Below are positions 1 to 10,082 of a stretch of DNA of 64,000 nucleotides, in pieces; position 1 is the first letter of the stretch; each line of letters begins with the position of its first letter. The stretch is from an uncultured Actinomycetota bacterium (GTDB taxonomy: Bacteria > Actinomycetota > Humimicrobiia > Humimicrobiales > Humimicrobiaceae), in assembly GCA_964556165.1 (NCBI GenBank), contig CAZKVH010000002.1, forward strand, positions 32,616-96,615, read 5' to 3'. Both the position numbers and the translations under genes were made by a program. The notes beneath the pieces were generated by a model. It did no database searches. It was not told the origin of the DNA and was given only the letters and a program-made list of their open reading frames with translations.

Positions 1-2
1 TG

Positions 3-176
3 GTTGATGCCATGAAAAGAGCTAACTCAATAATCCCGGATGATTTTGTGGATGAACTAAAGACTACATCTTATGATGGGGTGGTTGGCAATGTAAGATT
101 TGACTCAAATGGCGACAGGGTGGACCCTGCATCAACAGTTTTTATAGTAAAGGATGGCTCCTGGACGAGATATTAA
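3..176 (+). CDS. ABC-transporter substrate-binding protein, C-terminal fragment (Leu/Ile/Val-binding LivJ-like); 5' end outside the window
   Basis: The reading frame enters at the window edge and ends at TAA 174-176. The translated tail ...VGNVRFDSNGDRVDPASTVFIVKDGSWTRY resembles the C-terminus of LivJ-family periplasmic binding proteins. Confidence 0.4.
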   Translation, partial: VDAMKRANSIIPDDFVDELKTTSYDGVVGNVRFDSNGDRVDPASTVFIVKDGSWTRY

Positions 177-1051
177 GAGGGTACTATAAAGTTTAGATTC
201 TTTGGGATTATTTTAAAAGTAACCGGTAGTTTGCATATATATTCTCCATCAGCAAAAACACTGAACGGATATTCGCTATCCAGTGAGATTCTATCGGCTC
301 TAAAAATTTCAACTTTTTCGTCACTTGTGTGTTTACCTTCATATACTTTTGGAAAAATTTTTATAAAGTGAATCTTGCTCATTTTTTTTATAATGCAGAC
401 ATCAAATAACCCGTCTTCCGGACTGGCATCGGGAGTGACTCTCATGCCGCCTCCATACATTGGCATATTTGAGGCTGTTATCATCATTCCATAGATTTCT
501 CTTTTTTTCTGGTCGTAACTTATAAAAAATTTCTTTGATTGAAATGTAATCAGAGTTTTATAAACTGAATAAGCATACCGGAGCCCGCCTTTTATTGGCA
601 GGCGCGTATTATTTGCAAGGTAGGTTACCTGTGAGTCAAAACCTGAACCAGCGATACATAAATAGTAATATCTGTCATTTATTAAGCCTGTGTCAATTTT
701 TCTTGTTTTTCCTTCTTTTATAATCTGGCAGGATTTTTCTATGTCCTTGCTTATACCAAGAGTAGCAGCAATGTCATTTCCCGAACCTAAAGGTATCGTT
801 CCTAACTTTTTATCGGTTCCAGCCAGAACATTTGCAACATAATGGACTGTACCATCTCCTCCAACAGCTATAAAATTAGAAAAATCTTTTCCAAGGTTGT
901 TTTTTGTGACATTTGTGATATCGTCAGAGCTTTTACTTATATGCAGCTGGTAATCCATCCTGTACTTTTTAAATACAGATTCAATAGAGTCTTTAAATTC
1001 AATTGCTCTTCCTTTTGCGGCAGATGGATTTAGGATAATAAAAGTTTTCAT
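173..1051 (-). CDS. Diacylglycerol-kinase-family lipid kinase (YegS/BmrU-like)
   Basis: 292 aa. It carries the DAGK catalytic-domain glycine-rich motif FIAVGGDGTVHYVANVL, and its size is typical of bacterial DagK/YegS lipid kinases. Confidence 0.75.
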   Translation of the reverse strand: MKTFIILNPSAAKGRAIEFKDSIESVFKKYRMDYQLHISKSSDDITNVTKNNLGKDFSNFIAVGGDGTVHYVANVLAGTDKKLGTIPLGSGNDIAATLGISKDIEKSCQIIKEGKTRKIDTGLINDRYYYLCIAGSGFDSQVTYLANNTRLPIKGGLRYAYSVYKTLITFQSKKFFISYDQKKREIYGMMITASNMPMYGGGMRVTPDASPEDGLFDVCIIKKMSKIHFIKIFPKVYEGKHTSDEKVEIFRADRISLDSEYPFSVFADGEYICKLPVTFKIIPKNLNFIVPS

Positions 1052-1332
1052 TTTTTGTCCCTCTCTTAAGTTTTACATAATATAATAATTCACGGCATAA
1101 GGGAATACTATTTGCAGAAACTTTTACCGCGATGTCATATCAAATAAAAAAAATTCAATTTATCGATTATATTTCCAATTGATTTAATTCAATTGACTAT
1201 ATTTTTTAATAATAGTTTTAAAAACTTTTCAAAAAGGTTTCTGGACAGCCATATTAATTGACTTTTTGGTAATGCTATTATAATCTTGAGATGTTTTTCA
1301 GACATAAAAAAATTCAGGAAGGAGGTATGTAA

Positions 1333-1962
1333 TTGAATATTTTTAATAAAATAATTGTTGTCCTGATATTAATCTTTTTAATCGGGTTGTCAGTTGTTTC
1401 TGCAGTTAATGTACTGGTAGGATATTTTAGCTGGTCGGATGTGGTTGCAAAAGTTTTTAGTCTGTATGCCTCAGTAAATAAAATTATTGCTTTCCTTATT
1501 CTCGTAGTTGTATTTATCGTTTGTGTATTTCTTTTATTGCTGGAATTTTATAGAAGAAGAGCTAAAGTCGCGAATATTTCAAGTTCTAAGTCGGGAAATG
1601 CTATGGTAACTCTGGACACTATTTCAGGCCAGATAAAAAATGAAGTGCTTAAAGTTAACGGTCTGGACGATATAAAGGTAAAGGTAGTTCCTAAAAAGCC
1701 CGGGATAATAATTAATATGAATACTTTGCTTGATGAAGATGTTGATATTCCAACCAAGATGCAGGAAGTAATCAATAAAGCTACAGATATTGTATCGGGT
1801 AAGCTTGGAATAAAAGTGTTAAAGACCAATCTTACTATTGTAGGTCTGGCTTCAAAGAGAAAAAGCAAAGAAGAAAAGAAAAAAGAAGCTGAAGAAATTG
1901 AAGTAATGGAAGCGCCTGCGGAGGTTGAAGATATTTCCGGAGAAAAAGACGTCGATAAGTGA
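1333..1962 (+). CDS. Asp23/Gls24-family (DUF322) stress protein with an N-terminal transmembrane anchor (AmaP-like), possible TTG start
   Basis: 209 aa. A hydrophobic N-terminal helix is followed by an Asp23-like beta-rich region (NEVLKVNGLDDIKVKVVPKKPGIIINMN...) and a Lys/Glu-rich tail. A GGAAGGAGG RBS sits 7 nt upstream of the TTG, and a near-consensus sigma-A promoter (TTGACT ... TATAAT) lies at about 1257-1285. Confidence 0.45.
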   Translation: MNIFNKIIVVLILIFLIGLSVVSAVNVLVGYFSWSDVVAKVFSLYASVNKIIAFLILVVVFIVCVFLLLLEFYRRRAKVANISSSKSGNAMVTLDTISGQIKNEVLKVNGLDDIKVKVVPKKPGIIINMNTLLDEDVDIPTKMQEVINKATDIVSGKLGIKVLKTNLTIVGLASKRKSKEEKKKEAEEIEVMEAPAEVEDISGEKDVDK

Positions 1963-1978
1963 AATAGATTTTATTAAA

Positions 1979-2052
1979 GCGGGCTTAGTATAGCGGTAAT
2001 ACATGAGCTTCCCAAGCTCAAGAGGCGGGTCCAACTCCCGTAGCCCGCTCCA
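1979..2052 (+). tRNA. tRNA-Gly (anticodon CCC)
   Basis: A hand-folded cloverleaf shows acceptor GCGGGCT/AGCCCGC, D-arm GTAT-AGCGGTA-ATAC, anticodon stem TGAGC/GCTCA with loop TTCCCAA (anticodon CCC), T-arm GCGGG-TCCAACT-CCCGT, discriminator T and an encoded CCA. The T-loop has C at position 55, which is unusual. Confidence 0.75.
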
Positions 2053-2211
2053 TGAAAGTTGAAAATTTTTTTTAATTTTGATGTTCAGGAAATCATATTT
2101 TTGAATTTAAGTTATATCAGCTGGACGTAAAAAAAAATTTTTAGGCATATTATTATAAGTTAAACAGAACGAATTAAGTAGAACAGGTTTTTAGGAAGGG
2201 GAGGGTGTGAT

Positions 2212-2364
2212 ATGTCAGATATATTGTCAGAACTTGATAAGTATATACCTGAAGGAAACCCTAGAAAGTGGGCAAAACTTTCAAGTGATATTGATTTCAG
2301 AAGACTTCAACTAACACTCTTAAAGGAAATATTAATCGAACTTAAGCAAATAAACGCCAAGTAA
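2212..2364 (+). CDS. Small hypothetical protein (50 aa), translationally coupled to the downstream addB-like gene
   Basis: ATG at 2212 is preceded by a GGAAGGGGAGGG RBS. The peptide is MSDILSELDKYIPEGNPRKWAKLSSDIDFRRLQLTLLKEILIELKQINAK. Its stop TAA at 2362-2364 abuts the TTG/ATG start of the next gene (2365/2368). It is below the 60-aa cutoff of the supplied ORF track. Confidence 0.4.
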   Translation: MSDILSELDKYIPEGNPRKWAKLSSDIDFRRLQLTLLKEILIELKQINAK

Positions 2365-2367
2365 TTG

Positions 2368-5300
2368 ATGTTAGATGGCAGACTGATAGATATTATTAAT
2401 AAAGAGAAAAGCAGCAGCTCTCTTATAGTCGGACCTCCTGGCGCAGGTAAGACTCATATACTTTTAGAATTTGTCAGTCACCTGATAAATAAAAAGAAGA
2501 TATCCCCGGAAGAAATCCTAATTTTTTGTTTCAACCGCAGCTGGTCAAAATTAATTAGAGAAAAAACGGCATTTTTAGTCAAAAAAAGTATGCTTGAAAT
2601 TCCTATAGAAACATTTCATTCTTTTTGCACCCGTTTTATAGGAGAAACAAAAGTTTTTTTATACCATGAAAGGTCCGGAAATAATAAATTTCTAAATAGT
2701 AGCAGCGGGAGCAATCTCTTTGAAGATATAAAAATATTAAATTCGGTACAGCAGTGGAAAATTCTAAAAGAGGTTATAGGAAAACTTGATGAAAAACAAT
2801 ATCCTTATACATTCAGGTATGTAAACAGGAATCGATATATAGAGAACAGTTATATCCAGGAAGTATTTGATTTTATTCTGCGTGCCCAGGAAAATTTATT
2901 CACACCTGAAGAACTGCTAAAAAAATTTACACCATTTTTTAATCCATTGCTCCATGAGCTTGCAGAAATATATTTAAGGTATTCTGAAGAACTCAAAAAA
3001 AATCAGTTTTATAATTACGGTATGTTGCTGGAGCATACGGTTAAAATATTAAAAAAAAATAAAGAGATAAGGACGCATTATAAGAAAAAATATAAATATA
3101 TTTTAATTGATGAGCTGCATGAATTAAATAAAGCTCAATTTGAAATTATAAATTACATCTCGGACTCAAATTGTATTTTTTTTGGCAATGATGACCAATC
3201 AATTTATGCTTTCAGGGGCTCTACAGCCAATATTTTTAAATCGGTTTACAGTAAGCTAGGTGCAGAAAATGTATTTTTTCTAAACAAAAACCACAGGAAC
3301 TCACCTGCTATAAATGAAGTCTCCAAGAGATTTATAAGCCTGATTAAAAATAGAATACCAAAAGATATCAGTGCCTGCGGCAATCATCCATCCGGTGAAT
3401 TACGTGTGAAAGAATTTAATACTTTGCTGGAAGAAGCAAATTATATATGCAGTAAAATCAAGTTTCTTTATCTTAGTAAGAATATAAAGTTAGAAGAAAT
3501 GGCGATAATAATTAAAGGCCTGGGCTACGAAACTCATATTATTGAAAACGCCTTGATTCAGAATAATATACCCTTTTTAAGAAGAGGTACGAGAAGTCTT
3601 CTTGATAACAGACTGAGTAAATACCTCCTTAACTTTTTAAGGCTTCTCGTTGCGGTGAGGGAATTGGAAAATTCGGGGGAAAAGAGTGAAGATTCCAGTA
3701 TTAAAAATAACCATGTTCCCGATACTGAAATCAGTGTCAGAAATGAGGAGGGAGAACTATTTTCAAGGGTTGATATGCTTGTAGAAAATATAATGTTATC
3801 TGATGCTATAAATATAGAACCTCTCTTCTTTAAAAAGAATAAGAATACTTATATGGATAAAAAGATTAATAATGGGGAATTTGCAGGTTTATGGGATTAT
3901 TTCAAAAAAAAATATCAGGCTGATAGCAGTGAAAATAGTCCAGGTGGTGAGGGCCTCAAAGTTTATAAGTTTGTTTTAGAGGTTTATAGATTAATAAAGC
4001 ATATGAAAGGAAAAGACGTTTTTAACTTTTTAATTGAGTTGATTCGCAATAAAGAAGTAGGTGTTATTAAAATACTTGATGCAGGGAAAAATGAAATTTA
4101 TGATAAAAACCAGTGGGCGAATTTAAGTGATTTTCTGAGTAACGTGAAGGATTTCAGCATAAACAATACACCGGCTGATGTTGAATCATATGTAAGTTTT
4201 ATTGATTATGTTATAGAAAGTAAATTTACGGAAGAGATAGAAGAGAGTACTAAAGATATAATTCAGATTGGCTCTGTTAATATTTTAAGTTTTCATCAGT
4301 GCAAGGGGCTGGAATTTAAAGCTGTATTTTTACCTTTTATTAATAAAAACTACCTGCCTGCGAAATTTACTTTCAGCCAGACATTTGACGATCAGATATT
4401 TAATTATCTGAACGGTACAAAAAGGCTCGAGCCCGAGGAGCTAAAAAGGGAGCATCTTTATGGCGAGATGAGGCTATTTTACAATGGAATAACAAGGGCA
4501 AGAGATTATCTATACATTACCTCAAGCAAAAGGAGAAAATCTGTCTTTTTTGAGAGAGTAAAGGATATTTACAACAGTCTGGATTCTGAATATAAGATAA
4601 TTGATGATTTTGAATATAAAGGATACAAAAAACCAGAAGAAAAAAATAACTGGGGTAAATCACCTGAAAAAAATTTAGAAAAATTTAAGATAAGCATGTT
4701 ACCTGATTTTGATTTAAACAGTATGTGGCTGGTTAGAAAAAAAGCTCTGGTTGGAACTGCCAGGATGAGTAAAAACATGAAATTTGATCGTGAAAGCTAT
4801 CTTAATAAGATTATTGTTTTAAAATTTTTTTACTCTCCTGACCGGTGGTGGGATTTTATCAAGCCTACGAAAAATAACAAGAATCCCTTTGTTTTGTTTC
4901 CACAGCCTTTTTCTTATAGTAGCATCAATGCTTTCAGAGACTGTCCTTATAAGTATAAGGTAATACATTACCTCGGTCTGGAGAAAGAGGAAAATTTAAG
5001 CCTTATTATCGGAACAATTTATCACAGGATAATAGGATTATTTTTTAGCTGTAAAAGTAAAAGCGAATTCAGCTGGAGGATTTTAGAAAGAATAATAAAT
5101 GATGTATTTGATGAGTTTGATTTTGAATTCCGGTTTTTAAAAAGAGAATTGCGAGAAAAGGCAATTATGCATTTCAAGAATTTTTTTGAGAACCACATGC
5201 CTTCTAATCCGCTTAAATCCATAGTAGAAAAGGAATTTTCTTTTAATCTTGATGGGGAAGAGATTAGAGGAAGGATAGACCAGATTAACTATCTTGATGA

Positions 5301-5655
5301 GAAGAATATAGAAATCGTAGAGTATAAATCAGGCTCATCCTCGTATAGCGATAAAGAACTTAGAGAGGAACTACAATTAAAAATGTACAGGTTAGCGTTG
5401 AACATGAGCGATGACCTGAAAGACTTGAAACATATGGGTTTAAAAATGAAATATATATTCCCGGGGGATTTAAAGAATACCGTAATGGTAATGCCGGATG
5501 AATATTATAAAGAAGGAGATGTTAAAAAGATATTAAGAGAAAGCATCGCAAAAATAAGAGAAGAAGAATTTGATGCAAGGCCGAAAAATTATAATTCATG
5601 CTTAAACTGCGGGTTTAAGGTTTTATGTCCAAAATATTATGGTCAGAGAGATTAA
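2368..5655 (+). CDS. addB: ATP-dependent helicase/nuclease subunit B-like (AddB/RexB-type)
   Basis: About 1095 aa. Walker A is GPPGAGKTH, and UvrD-like motifs are present (LIDELHEL, GNDDQSIYAFRGS, QCKGLEFKAVFLP). The C-terminal RecB-family nuclease motif is GRIDQIN...EIVEYKSG, flanked by Cys (DCPYKYK upstream, CLNCGFKVLC = C-x2-C-x5-C at the C-terminus), matching the AddB iron-sulfur nuclease domain. It is the upstream member of an addB-addA pair, as in Bacillus. Confidence 0.75.
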   Translation: MLDGRLIDIINKEKSSSSLIVGPPGAGKTHILLEFVSHLINKKKISPEEILIFCFNRSWSKLIREKTAFLVKKSMLEIPIETFHSFCTRFIGETKVFLYHERSGNNKFLNSSSGSNLFEDIKILNSVQQWKILKEVIGKLDEKQYPYTFRYVNRNRYIENSYIQEVFDFILRAQENLFTPEELLKKFTPFFNPLLHELAEIYLRYSEELKKNQFYNYGMLLEHTVKILKKNKEIRTHYKKKYKYILIDELHELNKAQFEIINYISDSNCIFFGNDDQSIYAFRGSTANIFKSVYSKLGAENVFFLNKNHRNSPAINEVSKRFISLIKNRIPKDISACGNHPSGELRVKEFNTLLEEANYICSKIKFLYLSKNIKLEEMAIIIKGLGYETHIIENALIQNNIPFLRRGTRSLLDNRLSKYLLNFLRLLVAVRELENSGEKSEDSSIKNNHVPDTEISVRNEEGELFSRVDMLVENIMLSDAINIEPLFFKKNKNTYMDKKINNGEFAGLWDYFKKKYQADSSENSPGGEGLKVYKFVLEVYRLIKHMKGKDVFNFLIELIRNKEVGVIKILDAGKNEIYDKNQWANLSDFLSNVKDFSINNTPADVESYVSFIDYVIESKFTEEIEESTKDIIQIGSVNILSFHQCKGLEFKAVFLPFINKNYLPAKFTFSQTFDDQIFNYLNGTKRLEPEELKREHLYGEMRLFYNGITRARDYLYITSSKRRKSVFFERVKDIYNSLDSEYKIIDDFEYKGYKKPEEKNNWGKSPEKNLEKFKISMLPDFDLNSMWLVRKKALVGTARMSKNMKFDRESYLNKIIVLKFFYSPDRWWDFIKPTKNNKNPFVLFPQPFSYSSINAFRDCPYKYKVIHYLGLEKEENLSLIIGTIYHRIIGLFFSCKSKSEFSWRILERIINDVFDEFDFEFRFLKRELREKAIMHFKNFFENHMPSNPLKSIVEKEFSFNLDGEEIRGRIDQINYLDEKNIEIVEYKSGSSSYSDKELREELQLKMYRLALNMSDDLKDLKHMGLKMKYIFPGDLKNTVMVMPDEYYKEGDVKKILRESIAKIREEEFDARPKNYNSCLNCGFKVLCPKYYGQRD

Positions 5656-8600
5656 GGAAACAAAACAACAACTTAATATAATTAACAGCAGTGCTGATAT
5701 AAAAAGAATAATTGCATGTGCAGGCTCTGGAAAGACGACTGTTTTGGTAAACAACATTATAAAAGTACTGAATGATGGTTCATGCAGTCCTGACAAAATA
5801 CTGGCGCTTACTTTCACAAGGAATGCTGCTGAAAATATGAGAGTAAGGATAAGAGAGAGCATCACCGGAGATAATGACTTAGAGGGAATTAATATATTTA
5901 CTTTTAATTCATTTGGAAATGAAATTATAAGCGAGCATAGTTTTGAATTTGGCATCGGGAAAGATTTTAAAATCATAAGTGATAGCCAGTCATGGCAGAT
6001 ATTATATGAAATTTTTAACCAGTCTGATCTTAAGCATTTAAAAGCAGGGAAAAGAGTCGGGGAGTTTGTCCAGGGCCTGCTCAAGTATATAGAAAGTTTG
6101 AAGAATAATCTTATATCTGTGGATGAATTTGAGGATTATTTAATTAATTATGAAAAGATTCTGTCCGGGTATAAGAGTGAAGCTCTGAGAAATGAAGAAG
6201 AAAGATTAATAGAAAGTCAGAGGGAACTTTTCGATATTTACCGCAAATATGAAAGAAGGAAAATTGAAAGCAACTGCATAGACTACCCTGACCAGGTGTT
6301 TATGCCTTATTTTTTATTGATGAATAGTAAATCAATAAAAGCAAGGTACCAGAATAGATATAAATATATATTTGTTGATGAATTTCAGGATACAAATATA
6401 GCCCAGTCGTATCTACTCTCTATGCTATACAGTCCTGATTTCAATAAGCTTGTAGTTGTGGGCGATGATGACCAGGGGATTTATTCATTCAGGGGAGCAA
6501 GCATAGAGAATATATTGAATTTTCATAATTTTAGAGAATTCAGGAACCACAGAGTTTATGATTTTTTTCTTACAACAAATTTCAGATCCGGAAGTAATAT
6601 TATAAGTATTATAAACAGTGTTATTTCTTCAAATAACAAAAGATTTAAAAAAGAATTAAAGCCCCAGAATAAGCGGAAGAAATCAGAGGTTGTATTTTAT
6701 TATAATAAAACCCACGATGATGAAGCAGCAAAAATTGCAGAGATTATTAAATATCTGGTTACCAGGGGAATTAAATTGAAGCAGATGGCTATTCTCGCAA
6801 GAAGGAAGAGGTTTAAAAAGATTATCAGGGAGCTTGAGGTTAATGATATTAAATACGAGCTGATAGGAGGAAAAAATTTTTTCTATGAACCGGAAGTTTT
6901 ATTCATTATTTCATGGCTCAGGGTTATAGCAGATATAAATGATGAAATATCGGTTGTGTATATCCTTAAATCAGGAAAATATAAAGTGTGTGACAGGGAT
7001 ATTTTCTTCATTAAAAGAAATTACAGGAATCTTAAAGAAAAGGTAAATATAGTTGACGGTATAACATATTATAAAAAGAATCCCTATATAAGCAGAGAAA
7101 CAAAAAAGAGATTGAGTGGTTTCCTTTCCAGCCTCAGGCTTTATATCAGTAAATCAGGTGAGTTAGAGCTGAAGGAATTAATCAGTTTGATTATTGAAGA
7201 TTCAGGGATAGTAAATGAGTTGAAATCCAGCTTTGGCACTTCTTCACGTAGAAAAATAAAAAATATTGAGAATATTATAAGAATAGCTTCTGATTTTCAG
7301 AAGAGTTATGTTGAATGTAATCTTGCTGCATTTATAACTTTTTTAAAAGATGTGGCAAAAACAGATTATGATGACCCGGAAGTTACTGAATTTTCCGGTG
7401 AAAATTCAGTAAAAATAATGAGCATCCATGCAGCTAAAGGTCTTGAATTTGAGGTAGTTTTCATGCCTGCTTTATGGAAAAATGATTATGCAGGAAGAAA
7501 CTCAAATAAAGGATTTATAATTCCAGCAGAATTAAGAAAAGATAATAGCCTATATAAAGAAAAAAAGAATTTTAATAGTTCAAGAAGCTTTTCCGGGGCA
7601 TTAAAAGATACAAAAATAGAAGAAGAAAGAAGAGTTTTTTATGTAGGATGCAGCAGAGCAAAGAGTATGCTCATTCTTTCATCCAGCGAATATGAAGATG
7701 CTCCTTCATCTGCAAATGATGACGCCAGACCAAAAGAGATTGTCCCGTTCTTTGATGATGTTGTAAATAATAATAATTTAAAGATTGTAAATAAGAAAGG
7801 CCTGGATTTTATAAAAGTGCGATATGGTGAGAAATTATATAACAATTATAATAGCTATAAGAGTTACAGAAATGTTCTTAGCTTTGTTAATACAGACAGG
7901 AAAAGCAAGATAAAAGTCAATGTGATTAGTGAAGGGGAATGGAGAGCTCTCCAGAAGAAACTTTCCAATGATGTTCTTAAGGCAGGGCCGAATCTTAAAG
8001 AAAGTAGCAGGATTAAGGAAATCATAAATAGAATTAATTCTGGATTAATATATTCTGTAAAAAAGGAAGGTAATTCAGTAGATATAGGGTTTTTCCCTTT
8101 AACCTGGATTATTGATTATAAAAAGTGCCCGTTATTGTACAGGCTGAAGCATGTTTATTCAATTCCAGAGAAATTAAATAAAGAACTGGCAGGGGGTGAA
8201 GAAATACATAGTTATTTAAAAAACATAGTTTCGACAGGATTTAAAAACAGGATTTTAGAAGAGGAAGTTATGAGCCAGTTTGCTGATAAAGAAGTAACAG
8301 GATATTTAAAAAATTTTTTTGAAAGCGGACTATGGAATTTTTCAGGGATAGATTCGGTAATGCTGGAGCAGCTTTTTTACTGGAGAATTAATGATAATTA
8401 TATAGTTGGTAGATTTGATAGAGTTGATTTTAAAAAGAATAATAAAATAAGGATAATTGATTACAAATTATCTTCTTATTCCAGGAGCAAAGATAGTAAT
8501 AACCGGACAGGCCCAAAGAATCTTGCTGTATTCCAGATGAAAGCTTATATGGCAGCATTATCGGAAATTTACGGAAGGCCGGTAAGTGATATAGCAGGAT

Positions 8601-8803
8601 TGCTTTTTTATTTAAAAGACGGAGTAAAAAAATCAGTTACTCTTGAAACTGGTGAGATAGATCATTTAAAGAGATCTATTGCTGGAGAAATAAGTAATAT
8701 TCAGGACAATAATTTTAGAGCTAATTATAATAAAAGCTGTAAAAAAACCTGCAGCTATTTTGATTTTTGTTCGGATATGATTGATCAAAAAAAGATTAAA
8801 TGA
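5639..8803 (+). CDS. addA: ATP-dependent helicase/nuclease subunit A-like (AddA-type UvrD/PcrA-family helicase with a C-terminal RecB nuclease)
   Basis: 1054 aa. Walker A is ACAGSGKTT, with helicase motif Ia TFTRNAAENM, motif II VDEFQDTN, motif III GDDDQGIYSFRGA, and a later motif GCSRAKSMLIL. The C-terminal nuclease motif is GRFDRVDF...IRIIDYKLS. It overlaps the addB-like stop by 17 nt. Confidence 0.8.
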   Translation: MVREIKETKQQLNIINSSADIKRIIACAGSGKTTVLVNNIIKVLNDGSCSPDKILALTFTRNAAENMRVRIRESITGDNDLEGINIFTFNSFGNEIISEHSFEFGIGKDFKIISDSQSWQILYEIFNQSDLKHLKAGKRVGEFVQGLLKYIESLKNNLISVDEFEDYLINYEKILSGYKSEALRNEEERLIESQRELFDIYRKYERRKIESNCIDYPDQVFMPYFLLMNSKSIKARYQNRYKYIFVDEFQDTNIAQSYLLSMLYSPDFNKLVVVGDDDQGIYSFRGASIENILNFHNFREFRNHRVYDFFLTTNFRSGSNIISIINSVISSNNKRFKKELKPQNKRKKSEVVFYYNKTHDDEAAKIAEIIKYLVTRGIKLKQMAILARRKRFKKIIRELEVNDIKYELIGGKNFFYEPEVLFIISWLRVIADINDEISVVYILKSGKYKVCDRDIFFIKRNYRNLKEKVNIVDGITYYKKNPYISRETKKRLSGFLSSLRLYISKSGELELKELISLIIEDSGIVNELKSSFGTSSRRKIKNIENIIRIASDFQKSYVECNLAAFITFLKDVAKTDYDDPEVTEFSGENSVKIMSIHAAKGLEFEVVFMPALWKNDYAGRNSNKGFIIPAELRKDNSLYKEKKNFNSSRSFSGALKDTKIEEERRVFYVGCSRAKSMLILSSSEYEDAPSSANDDARPKEIVPFFDDVVNNNNLKIVNKKGLDFIKVRYGEKLYNNYNSYKSYRNVLSFVNTDRKSKIKVNVISEGEWRALQKKLSNDVLKAGPNLKESSRIKEIINRINSGLIYSVKKEGNSVDIGFFPLTWIIDYKKCPLLYRLKHVYSIPEKLNKELAGGEEIHSYLKNIVSTGFKNRILEEEVMSQFADKEVTGYLKNFFESGLWNFSGIDSVMLEQLFYWRINDNYIVGRFDRVDFKKNNKIRIIDYKLSSYSRSKDSNNRTGPKNLAVFQMKAYMAALSEIYGRPVSDIAGLLFYLKDGVKKSVTLETGEIDHLKRSIAGEISNIQDNNFRANYNKSCKKTCSYFDFCSDMIDQKKIK

Positions 8804-8894
8804 TTTTTTATTATATTGCCTGAAACAATATATAAGCCTGTCTTAACGAATAAAAGTTTTTTAACTTATGATTTTAAATGTAAAGATTGTTTTT

Positions 8895-9815
8895 TTATAT
8901 TTTAGTGCACCAATCAGAATATTCTCTGACTTCATTTTTGGCAACTTTAAAATAAAGCTCCTGCAGTCTTTTTGTTAGAGAGCCAATCTTACCGTCTCCA
9001 ACAGGACGTTTATCAACATGTCCTATAGATGAGATCTGAGCACCTGTTCCACAGAAAAATAATTCATCGGCTGTATAGAGCTCAGTTCTGTCTATAGACC
9101 TTTCGACGACTTCTACATTCTCAACTTCTCTGGCAAGCTTTATTACAGTGTCGCGGGTAATACCTTCAAGTATATCATCAGTTACAGGTGGTGTTATTAA
9201 AATGCCATTTTTTAGCATAAAGACATTCATAGCGCTTCCTTCGCTTATGTGCCTGCCGTTATTGGTCAATACGATAGCCTCGTCATAGCCATTCAGGAGA
9301 GCTTCTGTTTTTTGAAAAGCTGCATTGACATAAGAACCGGCTATTTTTGCCCGGGGAGGTATTGCATTATCTGAAATTCGGTCCCAGGAAGATATGCATA
9401 CATTTATAGGCCTTTTTATATCTATATATTCTCCGAGAGGTATTGAATATATAAAAATATCCTGTTCATTTTTAATTAATTTGGGACCTATATCAAGGCT
9501 ACTATTATAGGCGAATGGCCTTACGTAACAATCTTCCGAGTATTTTTCTCTCCTTAATAATTCTACAGTTATATCAGAGAGTTCTTCAACAGAGTATTTA
9601 ATTTCAAGCATCATTATCCTGCAGCTTAAAAGAAATCTTTTATAGTGGTCTTTAATTCTAAAAATGTAGCTGGTCTTTGTTTTATCGTTCCAGTAGCTTC
9701 TTATTCCTTCAAATACGGCTGTGCCATACTGCAGGGCATTGGTCCGTATATCCACCTTAGCTTCGGTAATAGGAATAATTTTTCCTCCAAAAAATGCATA
9801 TTCAGGATGTTCCAT
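8895..9815 (-). CDS. ilvE: Branched-chain amino acid aminotransferase (class IV PLP fold)
   Basis: 306 aa. The N-terminus FGGKIIPITEAKVDIRTNALQYGTAVFEGIRSY and C-terminal region ...ELFFCGTGAQISSI are characteristic of IlvE-type BCAT. Confidence 0.85.
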   Translation of the reverse strand: MEHPEYAFFGGKIIPITEAKVDIRTNALQYGTAVFEGIRSYWNDKTKTSYIFRIKDHYKRFLLSCRIMMLEIKYSVEELSDITVELLRREKYSEDCYVRPFAYNSSLDIGPKLIKNEQDIFIYSIPLGEYIDIKRPINVCISSWDRISDNAIPPRAKIAGSYVNAAFQKTEALLNGYDEAIVLTNNGRHISEGSAMNVFMLKNGILITPPVTDDILEGITRDTVIKLAREVENVEVVERSIDRTELYTADELFFCGTGAQISSIGHVDKRPVGDGKIGSLTKRLQELYFKVAKNEVREYSDWCTKI

Positions 9816-10082
9816 GATATCCTCTTTTGTAAATTTTAATTTTTTATTTTACTTATTTTATTTTTATTTTGCAATCAATTTAGCATAGTCTGCTGTTTAT
9901 TGATGTTTTTATGTAAATAATATATTGATTTATGTCATCTAATTTATAATATCTGATTTTTATTATGATAACAATTAAGTCCTAGCGCTGAGCAGGGATT
10001 ATATTGCAGGGGTAATATGAATGAAAGGTTCTTATAAGTGTATATAAATAAGGATTTAAGTTCTTAAAAAAAAAGAAGGAAT

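Noticed and set aside
842-1033. 63-aa + strand ORF inside the DAG-kinase-family gene.
   Set aside because: It is entirely nested antisense to a well-supported CDS, with no RBS and no motif.
1548-2034. Minus-strand ORFs 1548-1868 and 1852-2034 from the supplied track.
   Set aside because: They are antisense shadows of the Asp23-like gene and the tRNA-Gly region. They are low-complexity with no RBS, and the second overlaps the tRNA.
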